DNA of 62,762 bases, the filler included, from Choristocarpus tenellus KU-1152 (lineage: Eukaryota; Protista; Phaeophyceae): assembly GCA_964200185.2 (NCBI GenBank). It is 13 parts of 13 records of this genome, joined end to end, with 100 filler letters (N's around TTAATTAATTAA, not from the genome) between each part and the next. Parts side by side here need not be neighbours in the genome. Positions count along the whole stretch, not along the records: positions 19,270 to 25,815 come from CAXNAD020007889.1; positions 25,916 to 34,872 come from CAXNAD020004164.1; positions 34,973 to 41,682 come from CAXNAD020007509.1; 10 more parts are not named here. One strand, given 5' to 3'. Under the pieces are notes generated by a model that was given only the letters and a program-made list of their open reading frames with translations, had not been told where the DNA came from and made no database searches. Numbering within the stretch: the first letter of the stretch is position 1; every line of letters starts with the position of its first letter. This document shows positions 25,115 through 37,399 of the stretch, piece by piece. The position numbers were made by a program, and so were the translations under genes.

Positions 25115-25915
25115 CTGGACGTGAGTGAGTGTGATGGGGAAAACGTAAGGAGGCATATGCGCACGCGAGAGAGATAGAGAGAGTTGGGGGGGGGGGGGGG
25201 GGGGGGGGGTGGGGGCATTGCGTTTGCGCGCCCCCGCCCACACCAAACAAACAGAGGGGGGGGGGGGGGGGGTGGGTGGGGTGGGTGGGGGGGCGGTGGC
25301 GGGGGGGGGGGGCTGTGAAATGGCAATTGCCGCGTTATCACCCCACCAAAACAAACCAGAGAGGGTGAGGGTGCGGTGGCTTCTATCTTTTTTCTTTTTT
25401 TTTCTGGCTCTGCTGAGGACACGATTGATACCACTTCTTCAATCTATTTAAAAATATTTCAGAAAAAAACCTTCTGCTTGGTTGGAGTAGATCTTCGAGA
25501 TCCGTACAGCTTGCTGGTCAACTCATGTATGATTCGACAAAGAGACCATGTCATTCCTACCCTTGCCAGGCTAGCCAGGGATCAAGAGTTCTTGGGGGTA
25601 ACTAGGTCACTATGGCCTCATGTCTGGAAAGCGCTTCTTTCCCCCTCTCCCTAAAGCAGCCATCACACAATAAAAAAGAACACATGCTCTGCTCAGAAAA
25701 AACATCAACATGTTGAGCAAAGGACTGCCTTGCCTTGTCCTGAGGTTTCTGAATCAAGCCCTGAAACCCCCCCAACCCCCCCCACAGCATACAGGGCCAC
25801 ACAGCTTAGACAGTCNNNNNNNNNNNNNNNNNNNNNNNNNNNNNNNNNNNNNNNNNNNNTTAATTAATTAANNNNNNNNNNNNNNNNNNNNNNNNNNNNN
25901 NNNNNNNNNNNNNNN

Positions 25916-25987
25916 TATTCGCGTGTAACAAAAGTTTGCACTTCGTTGAAATATAAGAAGAAATACTCGCTCTATTCGCCTGTAACA
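25916..25987 (+). mobile_element. 3' end of LTR family L1
   Basis: aagaagaaatactcgctctattcgcctgtaaca matches 39862-39894. Confidence 0.75.
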
Positions 25988-28799
25988 CAACTGTATTCCC
26001 CGATTTAGCCCACATCACTGCAATCAAGGTGTCAACGTAAATTATAACCCGTCTTTTGTTTCGCATTAGGAATTGGACTTTGTTACGACCTTCCTAATTT
26101 TTTCTTACTAGGTACCAAACCATTATTCCTTCCATCTACACGACTAGGTAGCTACTACACCAAGTAGGTACAGAGACAATGAACGGAACCGCTTCCAGGG
26201 TTAGCTCTTCGAAGTGGGTTGGTCGGCCTTCTCCCCACTTACAAGTTGACATTTTCTTGAAGTTCATCTTTTCTTTCTCGCATGTACTATATTGTCCTGA
26301 TTTAGGTAGACCAGAATGCCTTGTTTACTTTGGATCCTCAACACCTTCTCTACCCCTTCCATACTACGTCTAGTACACTTAGAAATAATATGATTTCCAC
26401 TGCCCTGCCTGATATGTGGTGGCATTTACCACACCTTAAATCGCTAACAGTCTTGTCCCCCCTATCCTCCCTGGATGGAGATGAACAGCGTATTCACTTG
26501 GTGTTAGTCCACACACATCGACTGTTGTACGGAGAGCTATGGTGGCTGACTCTCTTGTCCACACTTTCAGATCCCCTTCTGTCTACATGCCATGAGTGAA
26601 CAGTCTAGTCGTAAGTTTCATCCCTGTCCTCAACTTACTCAGTATCTCCACAGTTCCTTCCTCCTTCGCCTCTGCCTCTTCTTTGTGGATCTACCATTTG
26701 CAATTTTAATCTCCTTTGGACGCTTTGAACCAGACTCTTACTTGTCTACACATCTGTATTGGGCGATGGGCAGTTGAATCTGATCAATAAAAAGAATGTA
26801 CACCCGAACATGTCAGAGAGAAATTTGTGTATACTCTAAATGTTTCTGTGTGCAAACACTTTGCCAGGTCAGCATAGGAGGTGATGAAGTAAGGCTAGCC
26901 CCAGTGACAGCAGCACTTTCCCCATTTTCTCCCTCCACTGCTACCTTCCCCTCCAACAGCATCTCCCACATCGAGGATCCTGGTACTTACTGTCTGTTCT
27001 TCCTTCTACTTTCAATGTTATGGGGTACCCTCAGAGTAAAATAGCTAGGTAGTGACTCTCACTTATCAAATATCTTCTGGCGATACCATACTGCTGCTAC
27101 TATATTACCCCAGGTGGTGCCTACGTTGATTCCTCGTACCAACATGCAATATGATCTTTTGTACTCAAGCAAGGTATCAACTACTTTCTCTGCCCCCCCC
27201 TACTGTTTATAATATCCATGCACTTTATACTAGTCATGATTCTAAAAGTTGTCCAAAGTTTCCAACTGATTGCGTAAGTTCCCCAACGAGATTGTCCAAA
27301 ACCGACCCATGGAGTCCCGTGGTGTGGACAAGGTAGATACCAAGACTCATAAAATATTTTCCTCTGCTCTTTCTCGAAGTGGCTCCTCCTGCCATGATAT
27401 GCAAGGGGCAAGGTATTGAAGTTTTGGTTCAATGGGTCTCTTGGTCCACCAGGATAATTGATATGCTATTTTGCAAATACGTTGTGCCTGAAAGCACCAT
27501 ACCCTTATCACGCCTCTAGAACTACCAGGAACCGAAAGTTTACTCCTGCCTGTGTTGTTTCTGTGGGCTTGTCAAATCTGTTTACCTATTTATGCCAAAG
27601 TTAAATTATTGTCTTCTTCCATGTCCACCAGTTTCCCATTGTGTAGGCTGTTCGTGTACAAACTCAATCATTACCCGTGCAGTCAGTACCACACCCAACA
27701 ACCCGACAGATTAATTGAGATTTCTCCTGGTTCTCTCCTCTCACTGTATTATTCTCCTATTCTTCACCACCTGCGTTTGAACTTCCTCATGAATGTCAAA
27801 GCGCCACCACAATCGAAGTTCTGTGCAGTATTGTTCTATAGCTACGAACGACGTGTCTGGTATGTCGTAAAATTTTGTTATGTGCTGTATATTACCACAG
27901 AAGAACGCCCTGAGTGAATGATCACTTCAAGTGATAGTTGTTGTGAACCTGCTCATCCACACAATAACAATAGTTTAACTGTCGAAATAGCTTGTGTTTT
28001 GCATACATAGTGCGTACTGGTACACACAAGGATCGACTCATGAACACAGCGCGACTGTTACATACACCTTTTTCTTGGTGGTGCGTTTGGTAGAACACTC
28101 TGTAGTACTGTCCATGAAAATCTATTCCCAACACGCTTGTTTTATTTATCCCTTTGCTTCCTTTCATGTTATGGTTCTTGGATGTCTGTGAGTCTAAATA
28201 GATGCAATCATGGTACTTTCCCATCCTCAGGATATACGTCAGGTTCCGCAATATTCACGCAACTGCTGTATTTTTCATCCTGACATCTCTCTTGCCAGAG
28301 GTCTCAACTTCAACATAGTATTGGATTGTTGCTTTTCATTGGGCAAAGATAGTCTCAGTGTGTGTGCATGTCAAGCAACCAACCCACCACTACCGCAGTC
28401 GCATCCCAGCTCATTAGCTTACTCTGTGAAAGTACAGGTGCCTCCTCTTGTTACCTCATTCCGAACATTCCCAAATAATTAGGTATGAGGCTGTACGTTG
28501 CCATCAAACAACATAGCTCCTCTTATGGGTCTTCCTGAACTGCTACCTGGATCCTGTCATCCAGGTACGCACTTGTGAAGTACAGTAATAAGTAACCGAA
28601 AGCACTGAGGATCATGCTCATACCCTAGTGGGACATTGATAGAGAATCAATTCTGAGTTTTGATGTCCACATCTTCGAGACGTTTTATATATATATATAT
28701 TGGTTGAGTTTTCTAGAAGTGTTGGAAGTGTTCAGGGTTAGTGATTCCTTCTTAAGCAACAGGTACCAAACCAAGCCCCACCATCTATAATAATACCAC

Positions 28800-30960
28800 T
28801 CTTCTTTTCAACCATCTCATCACGTTCAGCAAAGGACAACATGGAGATTATCTGTAGTGGGTTACGCAGGTGGAAAGAAGGGGTCTGTATGACATTCTGT
28901 GGCGGAAACATGTGGTCCCTGAACTCGTGGCGACACAACGGGATAGGAACGAATAGCGCACAAGAACTATGAGAAGAACGACGGACTTCTGTGGTTTCCG
29001 CTGGTCCAAGCGACAAGGGAGTCCGCAGCAGCAATTGTGGAGCTTTTTGAGAACGGTGGGAACCCAGACAGCAGAGGAGCATGGTTGGAATTAGAACGAG
29101 TCTATGGGGGCCACGCGGAGTACAAGGTTCTTGTGCAAATTATCACTGTGGAAGCACGCCTCCGGAAGCTACGGTGCTCCTCACCTACGGAGATCAGTAT
29201 TGATTTCGTAGTCTAACTCAAAGGGATATTTTCAGAGTTTGAGCAGCTAAAGGAAAGGAAGTCAGAGAACAAAAAAAAGGCTTCAATACTGTTGGGTATC
29301 AAGGGTGCCATACCCAACATTTTCGCACAGCTGATCACAAGACCCAATATAAGCTACGAGGAGCTGAAGCGGGCAATCGTCTCATCATTATCACATATAC
29401 ATTCGGACCAGGATGGGAATGGAAATGCAAGGGTCCTACAGAGCACAACAAGGGACCGACTGTTGGACAATCACAGGGGGTTATCAAGGTATCCTGATCC
29501 TGATCAATGCGCTTTGTCTCAAATGGGATTATCGATGGAGAGAATGCTGCTAGTTTTTAGCAGGCAAAGCACCAGCAGAACAATCACGAGGGGTGGCACC
29601 TGCCATTCAATCTCCTTTACCACCTGGAAGTACATCGGCAATCAGTCAAGGAGGACAAAATAAGGAAAGGGGTTGAAACAAGGATCAAGCGTGGTCATTC
29701 TCACCCTTCAAGATAACGGTCAGCAAAGAAGGTGAGCAAGTGATGCCTAGCTCATTGTGAGGCAAAGAGATTGAACTCCTATGTGACTCTGGAGCGAACG
29801 TACATCTCACACCATGCAAAACGGACCTGCACCTTTGGCAACAATGGGAAGCTGGAGGCTAAAAAGACAGAGGAATGAGTCAGGGGATACTGTAACATAT
29901 GGTACTATTGACAATGAGCAAGAACGGGGAGTCAAGGGTGAGACTTTGGGTACCTGGTATTCCATGCCGAATATTGAGCACTGGGACCCTGCGATGAGAA
30001 GGAGGAGAATTCATTGTTAGAACACTAGGAACCCTTGTGTCTGCCGAGCAGGTAGTCAGCATGGACTCAGGATCAAGAACAAGGTACCTTAGAACTTTGT
30101 GCAACAGTGCACAGATAAAATTGGAGAAATCGAGGGAATTTCTACACCTGAGAGGGATTCTGGAAGGAAAAAGGAGTAAGGCAAATGCATCATTTGCCAG
30201 GAAGGGTCAACTTGCAATTCATGACTGCCACAAATAGTGGGCCACATCAATCCATCATCCATCAAACACCTTGAAACGTGCAGATTACTGGAGATAACAG
30301 GTGCTAAGGTGGCTTCCGAGATGAGATGCAAGACGTACAAGGAATGCAAAGCAGAAAAGCTCAGCTACTAGAGGGGAGGTTGAAGCCCCAAACACCCTGG
30401 TGAAGTGATACATAAACGGATCTGGTGGGTCCCTTCCAACTGGATGTCATGGGACATAAGTTCTTCCAAGTATTTACCGACAAGAGCAGCAGGGACAATC
30501 GAATTTACGGCTTGAAGATCAGAGATGCAGTGACGGACGCAACCTCCGCCAATGTCAACGAAATTGGCTGAGATGGCGTGGGTTGTAAAGTACATCAATG
30601 GGGATGATGTTGGGGAATTTGGGAAATCTGTTCGATTCCAATGTATGCTGGGCTACAACGGGATTTGGTGGAGGTAGTCGCCACCACACACGCCCCAGAG
30701 CAACGGGGTTGTGGACAGGTCCATCAAGCAACTGATGGAGGCTGCAAGGAGCCAACTGGTGAAAGTGGGACTGGGTGACAAGTACTGGTTCTTTGCCATA
30801 ATGGACGTGGCATTTATAGCTGGAGGGATGCCGCATGAGTACCTGGGTCGAGAGAAAACTTACGAACAACTCACAGGATACCCATTCAACTATGACAGAT
30901 TGAGAGTCTGAGGGGGTGAGTACTATGTACATCAGACAAAACAGCAGCGGGGAGAAACTT
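28800..30960 (+). pseudogene. Ty1/Copia remnant: gag, protease, GAG-pre-integrase, integrase; no RT
   Basis: LWF.LVQAT..SAAAIV...GAWLELERVYG, DSGANVHLT, GHINPSSI..C..C, DLVGPF, SPPHTPQSNGVVDRSIKQL...ARS, YW..A. Confidence 0.88.
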
Positions 30961-31004
30961 CTAAGCTCCCTGCTCTTACTCTTGTGTAAAATAGGACAAT
31001 CGGA

Positions 31005-31205
31005 AGGTGTGCCCTTTTTGTGTATGTGAGATTATAGCATTGGATTGAGTCCATGCGATGTAACTAATGAGATAGTACATCCGGATTATGTATGGGGATT
31101 ATGTATGGGTTTAGTATTGCAGTTGAACTACTCTGACATAACTGTTAACTTATGTATGAGGCACAAATAATAATAAAGAAACAAGCAATAAGAAGACACC
31201 TCACA
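31005..31205 (+). mobile_element. Possible LTR between the two Copia remnants
   Basis: Purine-rich run ending GGAAGG-TGTG, AT-rich interior with AATAAA, ends ..ctcaca; weak resemblance to 52870-53010. Confidence 0.35.
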
Positions 31206-31219
31206 AGGTCACTCTTCTA

Positions 31220-32700
31220 ATCTCATCCACCCATTCATTTCACGTTCAGCAAAGGGAATCATGTGAGGCCCCCCTCTTCTCACCTTCACTACTGATCAAG
31301 TAGCAATACTTCGAAGGCTTAATTGTACAGTTTATGAGCCTCAGCGGTATGGAGACTGATCTGAAGAAACTTGTTGTCTGGATGGGGTGGGCCACAGGAC
31401 AGTCATTGGAGACCTGGTCCACTTGGAGACTGTCTATGATAGGCCACGCTGTGGGACGGGCACTGTATGAGATCACCGTGAGGGAGTACAAAATTCCTGA
31501 GACTCCCATGACCACATCAGAGGTGGCAGTGCGCACGGCACATGCTACCTACATCAAGAACAAGTCTTTGTGGTTTCTGCTCATCTAAGCGACAAAGGGA
31601 TCAGCAGCGGCAATTGTTTCCAAATACGAGAATGAGGGTGAGCCGGACGGCAGAGCGGCATAAGAGGCAGAAGCTGACACTGAAGGGCTGGCACAACATA
31701 TTGGGGTACATCTACCCATGATCTATCGAGCACCTCGAGAAGTGCGGAGTGTTGGAGATCACTGACGCTACTGTGGCTTCAGAACTGTGATGCAAGATAT
31801 GCAAGGAATGCAAATCAGAGACTCAACTACCAACGGGGTGGCAGGACCCAAACAGTCTGGTGAGGTTGTACACACGGATTTGGCAGGACCCTTCCAATCA
31901 GACACCACTGACCACAAGTACTTCCAGGTATTCATCAACGAGAGTAGGAGAGACAGGCGGGTTTAAGTCTTGAAGACCAAAGACGCAGCGACTGACACAA
32001 CTGCTGCCTATATTAACCAGGTGGCTAGGAAAGGTGTACCAGTTAAGTACATCAACAGGGATGGTGTTGGTGAGCTCAGGAGGTCAGTGAAATTTCAAAG
32101 GATGCTGGTGAACAATGGCACCAGATGAAGGAAGTCACCACCGAGGACACCACTGAGCAATGGGATTGTGGAGAGGGTGATAAACAACTAATGGGGGCAG
32201 CGAGGAGTCAGCTGGTGAAGGCTGGCCTGGGCGATGAATACTGGTTCTATGGTATCGCGGACATCGCCTTCAAAATGGGAGGCATGCCATATGAATACCT
32301 GGGAAGGGAAACATCGTGTGAGCGTCTGACGGGCAAAACCTTCAACTATGATAGGTTTCGGTCCTGGGGGAGTGAGTGCTACATCCACCAAGAGAAACAG
32401 AAGAGGGAGGTGGTTCAAAGTTTCACCCGTAGGCCAAGTGAGGGATCATCATGGGACACGATCGCGCATCACTGTGTTGATACATCTGGGTTCCTCAAGA
32501 GGCCAAGTTGTTGACCTCAGCCCAAGTGACGTTTAAGGCAGATGAATACGCCATGGACTTTGTGGGGGAGTGAGAGACCACGACGTTGACTGAAGAAGAT
32601 AACTAAGCTAACGCTAAAGACTTCGATGGGGATTTCGATAGTGTTTACCGCGAGCAACAGCCGTGAGCAAGAACTCTACAACTTCATCTAGTGGACAACG
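31220..32700 (+). pseudogene. Second related Ty1/Copia remnant: gag fused by deletion to integrase
   Basis: LWFLLI.ATKGSAAAIV..EGEPDGRAA jumps directly to GWHNILGY..CKICKEC, HTDLAGPF, NGIVER, ARSQLVKAGL, RSWGSECY, A..GIIMGHD. Confidence 0.88.
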
Positions 32701-34972
32701 GAGGTCAACCAGGATAAAGATTGATGAACCAGTTGATGTGAGGGGTGGTCCCCCCAACAGTGGTGGCTCCTACACACATGTCAATAGTTGATCCCACAAT
32801 GATGATGGCGGTGATCTTTCATGATATTAATTATCATACTGTTTTCATGATGATTGTTGATGAAATTATTGTCAAAAATCGAGTTATAGTTTCATCACTA
32901 CTGCTACTACTAGGAGGATAAGTGAAAACACAAGACCATGTGTGAGAAGAGAAGAGAGGGTAGTGGAATGGACGAAATGCACCACACACACGTTAATTAT
33001 TAGCAAACAAAGATGATAGAAGCAATTTTGGGTGACAAACCGACAACAATGATTACACATATTCTCTCATGCTATATCATTGCAAATGCCACTCGTGACC
33101 AACAATTTTACAGCATAGCAGATTAAGCCTAGTTTAATCACAGGCTTCTGACTAGGAAGGATTTCAGAGACAACAGAAATTGCTGATGAAATTCGACCTC
33201 ACCAAAGAATTAGAGAAAGTCCTATGAAATCGCAGTTTTGGACTATCTCACTCCACCTGGGTATACTTTTTTTCTGTTTTAAATGTGGTGTAAAAGGCTT
33301 CCCTGTGATGTTACTATCCCCAGGAACACAGCAAAATCATCGACCCAACACATAATATCCACCCCAGTTACGAATCTCCTCCAACTTACTATCCAGGATT
33401 GGAGTCTTAGCCAACAACGCAAAAAAACAAGGCTGTGGACACTGGAGGAACAGAAGGGACCAAAAAAGTCTTGAAGTTGGTTGTTAGGGTTTGTTCGTAA
33501 TAATTAAGTCATCCCGTATGATGACAGATGAAACCTCGGACATCATAATAATAGTGTTTCTTGTGTCTACAGAAAAAAAACACTACTAGTAGTGGATGGT
33601 CCTTCCAGCTTCCGTCCTTAGCACCATATTTCACATGGTACTCGAACTCATTGTGCAATACTCTGTGTAGTGCAGGGGGTAACAGAGTGTAAGGAAACAT
33701 GTTACTACTCTCAATAATATAATACTGCCTCGAAATGCATCCCTCAAATAATGGTGAGAGGAGATCATTCCCTTGATGCATACCCATTCAGAGATGAATG
33801 AATTGTACGTTGGTGTAACAGCGGGGGGGTAAAAGCGGTACAGCCATTGGAGGTTGAGCCACCATAGGTTGTACCAGACTTACAATAACATGTGAAATTA
33901 TATTTAATCATTAATCTCACCCCAGCAACGGCTCTAACGATTCACACCCTTGGAATGCAAGTGGACTAGGGGGCAATGTACAGAGTAGTGAAGAACACAA
34001 TACACATTAGAGTATGAACCTCCTTACAGGGCTCGTTGCAAGACCTTACTTTCTTCACCAGTATCTGAAAGCAACTACACAAGTTTGGTTCAGTCACTGA
34101 ACAGTTGGGAGACACAACATTCATCAACCCAACAAAGGAGAGCAAGACATAGCAAAAAAAAATCCAAGAACTGGCTCCATGTCGCCCGTATGTACCTCCC
34201 TTGGCGAACAAACATTTGTTTTCCCCTTGGGTCCTCCCCTCACTCCCTCATCTCACAACAAAACAACAATAACATGCTTTGGCACTGCCCCCGCCATTAG
34301 CAAGATCACATTGGACCATAAACCTCGAGGACTTCTAGTATGGATGCCTTTCCAAACTATCACAATGCACCTCAACCGCGATTCCTCCCTTTACACAGTT
34401 TCAACAATACAAAGCAATAACAACCACATCATACGTAATGCTCTATTGGCACAGATAAAATAGACAAAACAACCAAATCAAGTTCAGCAACCCATGTTCA
34501 CCCACAAAAAATCCCACCACCTTCACCACTGCTATCTTACTCCACTTTTCTTCTTTTTCTGTGTGTGTGTGTGTGTGTGTGTGTGCAACTCTTGAGTTCC
34601 TGAGCAGCCTGAGCCCAAACGGAAGCCTCGGGTAATCCACCCGAGGCCTACCGCACACGAAACAAAGTGTGGTGCGATAGCACAAATGAAATTGCCAGAG
34701 AGAAAAAAGATGTAACAAAATAAGTCAGAATAGAGCAAGTAGATAATAATACTCCGTAGTAGTAGACAGGCGGCGAATACAGAAATCTCCACCTCTTTAC
34801 ATGCCACACAGCAACCCCAACCCCATTCAACAGGTCTGCAGCCCCCCCCCACCAGCAGGCAATCAAACTCCCNNNNNNNNNNNNNNNNNNNNNNNNNNNN
34901 NNNNNNNNNNNNNNNNTTAATTAATTAANNNNNNNNNNNNNNNNNNNNNNNNNNNNNNNNNNNNNNNNNNNN

Positions 34973-34995
34973 CCCCCCCCCAGATACTTTGAGCC
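34973..34995. mobile_element. MITE family B terminus (contig start)
   Basis: poly-C + AGATACTTTGAGCC. Confidence 0.8.
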
Positions 34996-34999
34996 TCAG

Positions 35000-35456
35000 T
35001 GCAACAAAGCCCTCCTCACGGTGCCATATAGTGGGACTTGTAGGCAATTGTCCAGACAAAACAAACGCTGTAACCTACCTTTTACCATTCAAAATGGACA
35101 ATGTGAGCATGGTTTTCAAAGTCTACGTGGGTGCATGGGGACTAGGACTTTATTTCATCTGATGACCTTCTAACACGTAGAAGACATTGATGATAGGATC
35201 TGTGGGATCTACTCTCTAATCAACCCAACGAGAGGGGTTAGAGTGGGAGTGTGATCTGCGCTCTGTTTGTGTTGCCATGTTTATGTCTGTTCCTCAGATC
35301 AACATGTGGCAAAGGTGCACTTCCGTTATCTATTGAATGTTCCATGCTACATCCTCATACATACTTGATGCCTACACCTCATGCCACAATCTATTCGTTA
35401 AACTTTGTGAAGAGAAGGACACACACTGTACAAACTCAGATAAGTATGTTGTAACA
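35000..35456 (+). mobile_element. LTR-like dispersed repeat (family L2), copy 1
   Basis: Collinear similarity with 53846-54340 (tgggacttgtaggcaat, atggacaa, ggatcta, agagggg, acacact..atgttgtaaca); TG...CA ends, boundaries approximate. Confidence 0.55.
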
Positions 35457-37399
35457 ATACTGTTGAGTGATAATGCTGTTAAGTAATCTAGTCTCACCTG
35501 TAACAACCCTAATGGGCTACTGCCTGCCTTCTACAACTAGGATAGGGTACTGCAGGGCGTAATGTCGTATGTGGGCAATAGGGGGTGGGCTGTACTGAGG
35601 TGAAAAGTCGAGGGAGACCTCTCCCACTTTGTTTCCAATGTGCTTCAGCAGGCATGGGAGGAAAGGAACATTGGGGTCGATGTTTCAGTAGAAGGAGCGG
35701 GCTGTCCAGACGGGATCTGTGCCTACGTGTCCAAAATTTGATGATTGAGCTGAATGTACATGTGCTGTTGTAGAGTCCGTGAGTAATTTTGACCGTAGAA
35801 GTAGCTAACAACAAATTATTAATAAATAAATAAAATTCGCAAACTAGGGCCCTTCCAAACATTGTAAAAACTAATCACATTTTGTACAAAGGCACGTAAG
35901 CACTGAGTAGTTTGTAATCATTTTTTGGGGGGCCATAGTTAGAAGAGATGGGGTGTATGTCTGATGGTGGTATACAAATATCCACCGCTTTGTGTGCAGC
36001 AATAGCTACTAAAATCTCAGCCCCTCTGGTGACCAGATAAGGCTACATAGGTCTGTTCCTCTGCCATTGCCTTGAGTACTAGAATAATCTCGATAGACCT
36101 TGATTTATGACAATCTTGCTAACTATATCCGCATAAGGCCAGGACCACATCCTGGGTACCTAATCAGAGAGGAGAACACAACCATTGCCGAGTGGGCAGT
36201 GCATCTCTGCCCTACGCTTGTTGCCATCCATCCACCCTTACCTACCCTTCCCTCCCTTCCTTTATCTCCCACAACCTGGTGATATACCCGTTAGTCCCGT
36301 TCTTCTTCCTGTTACCACCCTCCCTCACACCCCCAGCCGTACACCATCGAATACCCAAATTTGTTAAGCCCCACACACACTACTCATCACCCACCCACCA
36401 TTTATCCCCATCCCTTTCCATGCACAATCCCATAACACCCATCCTTAACTCACCAACCATCACCACAATTTCGCCTGCACCATTACAACAACAACCAACA
36501 TCCATTCCACACTCAAATCTCTTCAAAGTTGACTACTGTGGCCCGAAGAATTGTATCAGTGTCATTTTGTCTGTATTAAGTGCGGCAGGTATCCAAATTA
36601 CCATGAGATAGTGATCCAACTCCTACATTGTTGAGCTACTCTACCTCTCTAGTCACCCACAAGAGACAACTATGTCAAACATAGTGACTAATGTATTGTT
36701 CATCGTAATATTTTCCAGGATAAAATATCCAGAACTGTTCTCTGCACCCGATGTTTTAAATCCATAGTTCTATGACAGTAAAGTTAATGTGAACTGTTGT
36801 TCAAGTCTGAGCATAACACAAACTTTGAGACTACTCTGTTGCACACTACACCGTATCACACAAGTATTCCAGTGCAACCTCCACAACCCAACCCCTAGTC
36901 ACTGCCAATAAGTTGGAGACAGCCCACTTATCATCACAACCTGCCCGGGACACTACCTCCACCCCTGTTGCCACACCCATCCACGTTGCATTATCAGTAT
37001 TTTAACATCAGCTGGAGCCCCCTCCTCATGGTATTGACCTTAGCCGCATTATTTTTTTTATTTAGGTCACCAATGCACATCCTTCTCTTGTCAACACTGA
37101 CTTGGTTGTGTATGGCCACTTAACCACACCTGCTTCCCACCCCACCCTACCCTCCTACCCCTATGGATCTGGCGAAGATAGGGAAGGACAAGGGGGGAAA
37201 GAAGGCATGCCTCTAGAGGGACAAGCAGGAGCGGTAAGGCTCAAACCAACATCAGGGGGGTAAGGTCAATGAAAGGGACAGGGAAGGGTACCAGGGGACC
37301 GAAAGGGTTCAGGGATAGGATGTATAGAACTTTCCCACAAAAAATATTGGAAGCTCAGGCCACGAGGGTGGTATCCATCCCCCCAATATCGTAGCGGCA

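Noticed and set aside
24346-25451. Pro/Gly-rich long ORFs (e.g. 24452-25081)
   Set aside because: Caused by G/C homopolymers that lack stops; only 24959-25114 has splice signals and protein-like content.
26060-28600. Possible LINE relic (FFVDL, IDMLF)
   Set aside because: Motifs are in inconsistent order and the frames are riddled with stops.
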